DNA of 59,810 nt. Source: Octopus bimaculoides (taxonomy: Eukaryota). Within the stretch, counting starts at the first letter, position 1; every line of letters begins with the position of its first letter. The stretch is taken from the NCBI RefSeq assembly GCF_001194135.2, contig NC_068982.1, positions 85,495,028-85,554,837 of the forward strand, given 5' to 3'. A program made the translations under genes and the position numbers. A model generated the notes under the pieces. That model did not search any database, was not told the origin of the DNA, and saw only the letters and a program-made list of their open reading frames with translations. Of this stretch, positions 49,818 through 59,810 are shown in pieces.

Positions 49818-50985
49818 TATAACATAATATACTACAAATATAATATAACATAAAAAATTATTAAAAAACCCAAAAAGTCAACAATTTATATACATTTTTT
49901 GATATATAAACAATTCAATTCACTTATATAAGTCTCATCAAAGCTAAGGTTTAAAGATAAAAGAAATTCCATGTGAAAGGACAGCTGGATTGTAAAAAAA
50001 TAATTCAAATGCTTATGTATTATGAGCATGAGCATTAACTTTTCAACTACACAAAAATTACAATTGAAAAACAGCAAAGTTATGACGGACAAAATAATTA
50101 AGTAAATAGAATCTACAACTATTGAAATATATTTCTATATATCTCAAATAATATTAATCCAAACTCGTTTAGGTCGAAAACAATCTTTTGCTATTATAAT
50201 AACATACAACAACAATATATAGGTATATAAATTAAGTATCAGGGTTTTACTTAATCTAGAAACTGTAATAAAACATGTAGAAAAATATAAATGATAATTA
50301 TATTGGTAATATATAAGAACTTTTCTATTTATTTAAAGTTATTGATATAAAAAAGATTATTTAAAGTAACTAATAAAAAAATGTTCTTTATTTAGTTTAT
50401 TAGAGGGAGAATTTCATAATAAATATGAAAAGAAACCTAACAAAAATGTTCTTTGCTTACTTAATTTATCTTAGGGAGAATTCCGTAATAAATATGAAGA
50501 TAAACTTAGATCTACGATCACTAGAACCTAAATTACCCCATAGATATAGAGTTAGGCTATAATAATGGATATCAAAATATTACTAGTTTTTTAGAAGTAA
50601 CCAGATTTGAAGTTATTAAATAAGGATTATTATTTGTATATTATGGAAAGGAGAACTCAGTAAATAATTATTAAGTAATATGAACAAAAACAAGGATTGT
50701 CAATTGTATCTCTATTTAATTTATTGTTTGTAATTTGCATTATACCCATATTTATGTGGTATTCAACTGACATACCAGTGAATTGTTTTTTTTACACACC
50801 CCTTTGAAGGGATTCCTTTTTGTAGTTTATTACTTTATATATATATANNNNNNNNNNNNNNNNNNNNNNNNNNNNNNNNNNNNNNNNNNNNNNNNNNNNN
50901 NNNNNNNNNNNNNNNNNNNNNNNNNNNNNNNNNNNNNNNNNNNNNNNNNNNNNNNNNNNNNNNNNNNNNNNNNNNNNNNNNNNNN

Positions 50986-51101
50986 AAACTACCCACTACA
51001 AATTCCTCTGCAAATTAAGATATATAAATCTCATATGAGAGCATCTCATAAAGCGAGATTTATATATCTTAATTTGCAGAGGAATTTGTAGTGGGTAGTT
51101 T
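50986..51101. repeat. Perfect 47-bp inverted repeat with 22-nt spacer, abutting a gap
   Basis: 50986-51032 is the exact reverse complement of 51055-51101. Confidence 0.95.
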
Positions 51102-51170
51102 AGCTTAATCAGCAAAAGCATCGTCACATGTAATGACGGGGATGTGAGTTCGAGTCCACAGCTAGTCACC
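51093..51170 (+). pseudogene. tRNA-Thr(TGT)-like pseudogene or SINE head
   Basis: Anticodon arm CGTCA-CATGTAA-TGACG, B box GTTCGAGTCC, A-box-like TAGCTTAATC. The acceptor and T stems are degenerate and U33 is replaced by A. Confidence 0.6.
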
Positions 51171-51728
51171 TACACTTTTCTCTGTAAAATAGGGATAGTT
51201 TATCCTGTTCAGGCTATATTATTAGCATTATTCTGCGGTTGAGAATTTAAAAAATCACTTCTTTAACTATGAGCTAAGTTTACCCTGAAATGTTAATACG
51301 AATGGAATGAAACAAGTTTTGTGTAAATTGGTAAAATGGTTTTCAAGATATTAGAGAGTAAATATTTCGAAAAAAACCTGTTCATAACCTCAGTGTGAAA
51401 TGTTATTTTTTTCCATAGGTTTTTTCGAGTGCATTCAATGTATTTTGTTGCTATTTCTAGCATGCCAAGCTACCACATAACAGCTATTTGCAACAAAGGA
51501 CCCAAAATACCTGTTACATGGTAGCAGGGCATGTCAGAAATAGCAGCCAAATCTTTCCTTTTCTGAGGAAAGCAGCCGTTTACACATGATTTTGATGTCA
51601 CATTTGTTGAAAGCATGTGAAATAACCTGGAAAAGAAAAAGAAACACAAAACAAAACTGTTGCTGGGAAACTCAGAGTTTTCTATTGACCCAACAGGTCA
51701 CTGGTAGTCTAGTCTAGTATATATATAG

Positions 51729-51759
<31 letters not shown>

Positions 51760-51774
51760 TATATATATATACAT

Positions 51775-51809
<35 letters not shown>

Positions 51810-52029
51810 TAATGTGTGCATACATGCACACACATTATTTTTACTCACTTCTACTGGTTTCAGCCCAAAGTGGTGGCCATGCTGAGGCACCTTGAGAATC
51901 ATTAGTTTTTATTTCACACTCACTTCCCATATTTCTCTCCAAAATTGTTTCTGGTAAAGTAGTTAGAGCTGCTCTTTGTATTTTCAGTTGTGATGTTGCT
52001 TCATCTGATACCTCAAGTAAAAATTTGCC

Positions 52030-52900
52030 CAGAAGTTCTTTACAAACATTCACAACTACATCTCATAGATCTCTGGGTTTGTTTAGCAGTGTTGAAAAGT
52101 TGTGTACTCCTGAAAACGTTAGCTGTTATATTACTGTGTCCTTATTCTAGATGAAGAGGGTGGGATCTTGTTCCAACATCTCATGGTCACTGTGGATATA
52201 TCAAAGGTTTTCTCAGTATTGACAAATGATAAAGACAGCAATTTATTATTGGTAAATGCTTCTCCTGCAGTTACCTTACCAGGAAGATAGCATTGGTATT
52301 ACTTCTCCCTAGCACAAAACCAAACTGCATCTCATCTAGGTTAATTCTCTTCCTAATTAGTTGAGTTATAGCCCTTTCTGTAACATTCATTACCTGGCAC
52401 CGCAGTTTGTACCTTTCTAGCAGTTGACTATGATGCTGCAACACCAGTTGTTGAGCATAGACAACCTGATTAACTATAGGGGTGGCTAAGCTATGTCACT
52501 CTCTGTCAGATATTTTAAGCATCTTGACAGTAATTCGTGATAGGCTAGATGCTTTTCTTGTCTTCATATCCTTAATTGCTTTATATATAATGCTGCTGTC
52601 AACTCAGATACCTGGTCCTCTGTTGGCCACATTAGGAAAACTCTCCTTTTTCCTTGCATTCTCCACATTTAGCAGCATTTCATAGTGACATTTCCATGCT
52701 GCTTTCTTTTCAGAGTCACTAAGTGCAAATGTACTCTCACCTGTTGCTGAGCTTCTTTTTCAGCTACCTAGTATAGTTGTCTGTTAACTGAACCCATCCA
52801 CTCCTTCCACACCTGTTTCTTTGCTCTTATAGCATTGTCTGTTTCATTCTTCTATCACCATGTCACCCTAGGTCTGACTGGAACTTTGCACAAGCTCCAA
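52030..52900 (-). mobile_element. Old RTE LINE fragments
   Basis: Reverse-complement similarity to the RTE RT region (e.g. 33900-34250). Confidence 0.65.
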
Positions 52901-53801
52901 ATTAAGTCTGTGGCCCTTAGTAGGCTATCCCAAAGGAACTAATATGCACGTATATACATTTGTATATATAGATTTAATGAAGATCTGTTAAATAGATCAA
53001 AGCAGATAAAAAGCAAAGTATCCCATTTATGATGGCTTGGCAGTATGACACTAATCAGCAGATGAAACAATCCATTCAATTAACAAAAGATACAGCAATG
53101 AAGTGCGGTTCATTGGTATTTGGTGTCCCATAAATCTATGAGTATCCAAAGTTAAATGCAACTTTTAGCATGGTGTAAGTAGTATGATAAAAATAAAATG
53201 GATTTTATGCTTTTAAATACAATTGTTTCTGTAAGAAATTCTATTGATATAGCATCATAGACGTAGGACTGTACAGACATACAGTATGCTAAGATTATGC
53301 AATACATTACATAAAATCCCTCAAATCTTCAGGTTATTCTAAAATTAAAGCAGGTAAATAACGATATATGTTGCTATATTGATGTATATCACAGTGTATA
53401 AAAATCAAACAAAGAACATGCTACTAATTCTACTAATTCAAATATTGAAGTAGGCTGGTATACAATCAGGCAGTCAGAATTGTTGGCAGTTTAATTGAGA
53501 TGCTTTGAGAATTGATAGTGAATGGCTGTGCCAAGCTGTAGAAATTATAGTTATAAGTGGTAAAGGGATTTATAATTGGTTGATAAAAAGAGTAAAAAGA
53601 GATAAAAGTTAAATGGCATCTGTTAAGTTGTTAACTTAACTATCCAACATAGAATCAAATGTTAGCATCTAGCCCCTATTATCTACAAATACTGGCATCA
53701 GTGAATCTGTCCAAATTCCATCAATACTTTGAAGCATGTTGTAGAGGTCATTAGCCAAAGAGTCAATTATATCATGTAGTGTGCAGTGTATTTTTAGTTT
53801 A

Positions 53802-54902
53802 CTGTATATACTCAACTAATAGTCGATCTCATGTAAAAGTTGACCCCCTATTTTTAGCCCCAAAATTGGGTATTTTCCATAGACCCCTTATAAAAGTATT
53901 TCACAAACAACAGGATAACATTTGTGGGTCAAGGTACCGTATTATTCTGTGCATAGAAATAACACTGTTACAAAATTGTGCGGCTACCTTACTGTAGCCT
54001 GCTCTATAGGTGGAATGCTTTGTGCTTGTAGCAGCATGCTCAGTGCTTATAGTAAAACCCCATTTAATAGAGAGCACTATACATCTGTTGATGGGTGCTA
54101 CATTACCATTACTAAAATGTATGCACAGGATATGCTGCAAGCCTGCATACATCTTGAAGCACAATAAACACATGTGTCATACATTCATTTACATGATGAG
54201 AAACATGTTTCACAGACAGCGCTATTAGCAAATACTGGCAAATGCCACTGTCTGAATTTGTACAAAGGCATGACTTTGGTAAGCCTAAAAACATTCAATT
54301 AATCGCTAGATCAGCAGTTCCCATGCAACCTTTGTATTTTCCTCATCTCCAAATACAATAAACACATGCATCATATGCTTGTCTGTTTACATGGTGAGAA
54401 ACATGTTTCACAGACAGTACTATTGGTGAACAACAGTAAATACCACTGTATGAATTCGTATAGAGGCATGACTCCGGTAAGCATAAAAACATTTAGTTAA
54501 TCAACAAATCAGTGGTTCCCAATTTTTTTGTTGTGGAATCCTTTGACATTATTTTTAAAAACATGGAACCCCTGATAACTTTCAGGAAACCCTGAGGTTT
54601 TGCAGAACATGCTTCAGGAATTCCTGCTCCAGATTAACAACTCTACACCATATTATGGACATTAACTGGTAACTGCACATAAGCGCTACATGGTCTGGTT
54701 AATAGGTTTTGTTATTTACTAGGTTGCACAGAATTGGTAATATTACCGTAATTCATTGTGTTAGCTTTTGCTGCTGATATGATACTTTGGATTCTAGCTT
54801 GAATTTCAGCCCCTCAAAAATAGTATCCATGTAATAGTTGACCCCATAAATTTGACCTTAAAAAATGGTCTAAAAAATTTGAATTTTACATGAGTATATA
54901 TG
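53802..54902. mobile_element. Non-autonomous Tc1/mariner-type element with TA flanks
   Basis: Ends ta|ctgtatatactc and gagtatatatg|t; repeated agttgacccc subterminal motif; no transposase ORF. Confidence 0.5.
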
Positions 54903-55139
54903 TTAATTACTGCTGAATAAATAATATGAGTAAACTATAACAAAACAAGAAATATCAAATAGGGATAATAAAAATGATAATGATAATGATAATTATATAG
55001 ATTCAACTATTAAGCACGATAAACTGAATTGCAATGCCTTATGCGTGAATTTGGTAGACAGAAACTGTGGAAGCCCATTGTATGTGTGTGTATATATGTA
55101 TGTATGTATATATGTATGTATGTATATATGTATGTATGT

Positions 55140-55357
55140 ATATATGTCTGCCTTAGTATTTGTGTCCCTTCCCCATCCCAACTCTTGACAACTAGTGTTA
55201 GTTTGTTCACATCTTGTAACTTAGCAATTTGGCATAAGTGAACAATTGAATAGTTACCAGATTTAAAAGAAAGGTACTGGGGGCAATTTTTTTTTTGACT
55301 GAGCTTTTCAAAATGGTGTCCCAGCATGGCTACAATCCAATGACTGAAACAAGTAAA
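55140..55357 (+). mobile_element. SINE 3' portion (fragment also at 51845-51900 minus)
   Basis: ccagcatggctacaatccaatgactgaaacaagtaaa tail shared with the reverse complement of 51845-51900. Confidence 0.55.
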
Positions 55358-55399
55358 CATATATATATATATATANNNNNNNNNNNNNNNNNNNNTATA

Positions 55400-58300
55400 T
55401 TGTTGAGATGCTTGAATGGGTGCATGTTGATGTATGCATTCAAGAAGTAAGGTGGAGAGGAGCTTCAGCCAGGTTCTTCACAGGCAAGACACATAGGTAT
55501 AAAATCTGGGAAGGTAACAACGACAAGGTAGGTGGTGTGGGCATACTTCTTGCAGAGAAATGGGTGGATAAGGTCATAAAGGTTGTCAGAATGTGCAGTA
55601 GAGTACTTAAGCTCAAGCTAGTCTTGCTGAATAGTATAGTGACAATTATCTCTGCCTATAACCCACAAGCGGGCCTACCAAATGAGCAAAATAACCACAT
55701 TTATGATATTCTTCTGCAGGCTACCTCAAAGATGAATGACAATGATCTCATCTTTGTGGCTGAGGATTTCAATGGGGATATCAGACAGCAGCCCACTATC
55801 TTCCATGTGTACATGGAGGCCATAGAATTGGTTCCCAAAATGAAGAAGGAACAAGGCTTCTGGAGTTCTATGATGTGAATGGCCTATTGATCTGCAATAC
55901 CATCTTCAGGAAGTCAACCAACCACCTGATAACTTACCAGTCAGGTGACTATACTAGCCAGATCAATTACATTCTCGCCAGACAGCAGGATGCATGTTTG
56001 CTCCTAAATACAAAGACCCTCTCTTGTGAAGAATGTAACCCCCAGCATAGACTAGCCATTAGTGACTTTAGACTCCAGACCAGCAGGATGCCAAGAAGCA
56101 GACCAATCTGGAAAAGAAGAATTTGGAAACTTAAGGACCCTTCATATGATCAGAAATTTAGGGACATCCTAATTGCAAAATTTGATGAGAGGGAGGAGGA
56201 ACTACAGACTAGTTACATAGAAGGCAACTGAGAATTCCTGCGGGACAGTTTGCAGAGTGCCAGAGACCTCATCCACAGCTGGTGCAAAGTCCCATCCAGA
56301 CCTAGGGTAATGTAGTAGTGGAACGACACTGTAGACAGGGCCATTAGAGCAAGAAACAGGCCTGGAAGAGTGGGGGTAGCAGGAAACCGTATCAGATTGC
56401 TAGAAGGAAAGCTAAGAGATAGATATATCTAGCTAAAGGAGAAGTAAAAAAGAAGTTTGCCTACGTTCAGTAACATGAGGACCAAAGACTTCAAGTGTTT
56501 CGGATTGCAAGATAGTGTGTAACAAAAGAATTGTGATGTCATAGGAAAAGAATGTGTCCCCATGAATGATGGGGCACTTGCATTTAAGGATTCTGCAAAG
56601 AAAGAGGCTTGGAAATGCCACTATAAAAGGCTGCTAAATGAAGGGAATGAATGAGAGAAAGAGAGTCTGCCAAATGTTGACCCAATTGAGGGACCAGCTT
56701 CCCAAATTGACAGCACTCTGGTAGATAAAGCAATTAAGGATATGAAGACAGGGAAGGCCCCAGCCCATCAGGAATCACTGCTGAGATGCTTAAGATATCT
56801 GGTGGTGTGGGTTATGGTCTAGTCACCTGTATTATAAATCAGGTGGTTCCACCCAATGACTGGTGTAGTAGCACCATAGTCAACTGCTACATAGGTAAAG
56901 ATGACCTAAGCTAGAAATAATTACAGAGGTATCAAATTGTTGGATCAGGTAATGAAAGTTATGGAGAGGGTCGTAGCCCAACTAATTAGGGAGAGAGTTA
57001 GTCTGTATTAGATGAGGTTTGGTTTTGTACCAGGTAGAAGCACCGCTGATGCTATATTTCTGGTAAGACAGCTGCAGGAGAAATACATAGCCAAAGATAA
57101 ACCTCTGTTCTTGGCTTTTGTTGACTTGAAGAAAGCCTTTGACAGGGTTCCCTGATCCCTTATCTGGTAGTTGGTGCGGAAACTAGGGATAGACAAGTGA
57201 TTGGTGAGAGCTGTACAAGTCATGTACTGGGATGTGATCAGTAAGGTGAGGATTGGCAGTGAATACAGCGAAGAATTCAGGATACATGTAGGGGTTCACT
57301 AAAGATTGGTCCTCAGCCCTCTCTTGTTCATCATAGTCCTTCAGACAATAACAGAAGAATTTAAGACAGGTTGCTCCTGGGAGCTCCTCTATGCTGATGA
57401 CCTTGTTCTTGTAACTGAATCGCTACAAGAACTAGAGTAGAAATTTCAAGTATGGCAGCAAAATCTAGTATCGAAGTGCCTTAGAGTTAACCTTGCAAAA
57501 ATCAAAGTTATAGTAAGTAGGAAGGCAGACAAATTACAAATTCCTTCAGGTAGGTGGCCCTGCTCAATCAGTAGAAAAGGCATAGGTAAAAACTCCATAA
57601 GAGGTGCAGCAATATCAGAGGAAGGTTAACTGGGAAAATAGCTTTTGTGAATGGAAACACTGAAAATGAGCTGGAAATAGACTCCATCAACTGCCTGGTG
57701 GGATGGGGGTTAGCTAGAGGTAGTAGATAGCTTCTGTTATCAAGGTGATCAAGTTAGTTCAGAGGTAAATGCTCCGAGAGTGTAGCTGTGAGAATAAGAA
57801 TTGGTTGAGCAAAGTTCAGAGAGCTCCTACCTCTACTGGCAACAAAGGGTTTCTCCCTCAGAGTGAAAGACAGATTGTATGATGCCTGTGTGCAAACAGC
57901 TATGCTACATGGTAATGAAACATGGGCTGTGACAGTCAAGGACATGCATAAGCTTGAAATAAATGAAGCCTTTATGCTTCGCTTGATGTACAATGTCAGT
58001 GTTCGACAGACTGTAAGCATCTTGAGAGAAAAGTTGGGCATAATAGGCATCTGATATGGTGTGCAAGAAAGATGACTGTTCTTGTATAGTCATGTGATAC
58101 ATATGGACTAAGACAGCTGTGTAAAGAAGTGCCAATCTCCAACTGTGGAGGGAACTTGAGGTAGACTCAGGAAGACATAGGACAAGGTGGTGAAGCATGA
58201 TCTTCAAACTTTGGATCTCACAGCAGCAATGACTTGTGACTGAGACCATTGACGATATGCTGTGCTTGAGAAGACCCATCAAGCCAAGTGAAATCATAGT

Positions 58301-58740
58301 CATGGCTGATGCTGGTGTCACATTACTGGCACGTGAAAAGCACCTTTCAAGCACTGGGCCTCATGGAGGCAAAGTGGCTAATGCCAGTGGCATGTGAAAA
58401 ACTCCTTTCAAGTGTTGGGCCTCACAGAAGCAATGACAAATGACCAAGACCGTTGACATTATGATATGCTTGAAAAGTAGACCCATTAAACCTAGCAAAA
58501 TCACAATCATGGCAGATAGTAGTGTCGTGTAAATGGTACCCGTGCCAGTGGCACATGAAAGCACCCATTATGCTCTTGGCATGGTTGGCATTAGGAATTG
58601 TTTCCAGCTGTAGAAACCATGCCAAATGAAACCATGCCAAATCAGACTGGAGTCTGGTGCAGCCTTCCAGCTTGCCAGCCCTAGTCAGACTGTCCAACCC
58701 ATGCCAGCATGGACAATGGGCGTTAAATGATGATGTTGAT
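55400..58740 (+). mobile_element. Near full-length decayed RTE LINE
   Basis: CIQEVRWRG, ISAYNPQ, INYIL, NYRGIKLLDQ, DLKKAFDRVP, LYADDL; tail ccaacccatgccagcatgg...(gat)n. Confidence 0.93.
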
Positions 58741-59625
58741 GATATATATGTGTGTATACATATATAACACAAACATGCATACGTGTGTGTGTGTGTGCAT
58801 GTGTTTATGTGTGCATGTACATATGCATTTGTTCTTTCAAATAACAATTTATTTAAGTTCTTACAACATTCAAGAATGCCCACCAGCACTCAATACTTAA
58901 TATTCTCAAGCTCACTTAGCTGAATCAGCTGTAAACTAATTAACATAATTACATAAATCTTGTTCTGCTATTTTATTACTTGTTATCTTGCTCTATATTT
59001 CTATTACTACTTATATAAGATTTCCAATGAGAGGAAAATTGTGTGATCACACAGTCTCATGATTGGAGCTTGTGGATGCCAATGAGTACAAGTATATGGT
59101 TTTCTAGTGACCAGTTATTCATTCTTTTATTGCAAAGCTGTATTATAAAGTATATGTATGTATATGCATATGTGTATGTATATACATACACTATACACAT
59201 ATACATTCACATGTGTGTTAATTGGTTTCTTAAAATGGGTTTATAACATCTTAAAGATGGCATACTGCTCTTACAACTTAGAGATACTATTTTCCTCTTT
59301 GTTTAGTTGCCTTAGTATTGTCATAACTAAACTTGTTAGTTTGTCGCACTATTTATATATCAGGTTCTATCCAGAATAAATTATTCAATTGTATAGATTT
59401 GGCTATAAATGTAAGAGGGAAATTGCATAATACTCTGTAATGTAAATTAATTTTGTACGTGAATTTAACTCTAGTTTTTATTGTTGTGTTATTACTCCAA
59501 AACTACTGTAGTGCAAAACTAGAAATTGCCTTTAGAATTATTTATTTCAAATGGGGTTTTTTTTTTTTGTGTACCACTAAACAATTTATTAAAAAAAAAT
59601 GTTTGTGCAAAATAAGAAATCAAAA

Positions 59626-59658
<33 letters not shown>

Positions 59659-59810
59659 CAAAATAAGCAACACGGATTTCAAAGATGATTGCAGTATGCA
59701 CGTTTCATGCTACTCCATTTATTTAAGTAATGCGAGCATTACATTAAATGCAATATGTAGAGCAATCTTCAGCTGCAGGAAGATGCAGAAAATTACAGTA
59801 GAATAGACAT

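Noticed and set aside
51560-51630. Strong minus-strand polypyrimidine acceptor
   Set aside because: No convincing donor or homology; probably the complement of an A-rich tract.
53667-53801. Minus-strand terminal-exon-like frame (KLKIHCTLHDIIDSL...VDNRG*) and a plus-strand SAM-like phrase
   Set aside because: The apparent acceptor is the TIR end of the 53802 element. The plus-strand frame is the wrong phase and stops early. Neither has recognisable homology.
59453-59806. 117-aa ORF
   Set aside because: Low-complexity read-through of poly-T/A and (TA)n with no ATG start.

Overview
This is eukaryotic, AT-rich, repeat-dominated DNA with six N-gaps. It is most likely coleoid cephalopod (Octopus-like); this is inferred from the RTE-LINE/SINE tails, microsatellite load and intron size, not from a search. 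The only host coding sequence I can support is three short + strand exons (2091-2277, 20280-20339, 39187-39268; 329 nt) that are absent from the ORF track. They splice GT-AG in frame into the post-kinase region of an ASK-family MAP3K (MAP3K5/MAP3K15-like) across ~18-19 kb introns. The rest is intron filled with decayed transposons: many RTE LINEs in both orientations, Penelope-like elements (RT + GIY-YIG), R4/Dong-like RLE elements, a Tx1/L1-like fragment, mariner/Tc1, a hAT remnant, Helitrons, fold-back elements and SINEs. The most interesting signal is a set of minimal type-I hammerhead ribozyme motifs. Two of them sit in the tail of a tRNA-headed SINE-like unit (tRNA head-(AAT)n-hammerhead). 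Both units lie next to Penelope-like bodies, and one forms a head-to-head fold-back. Boundaries of decayed repeats are approximate, and no alignments or database searches were run.
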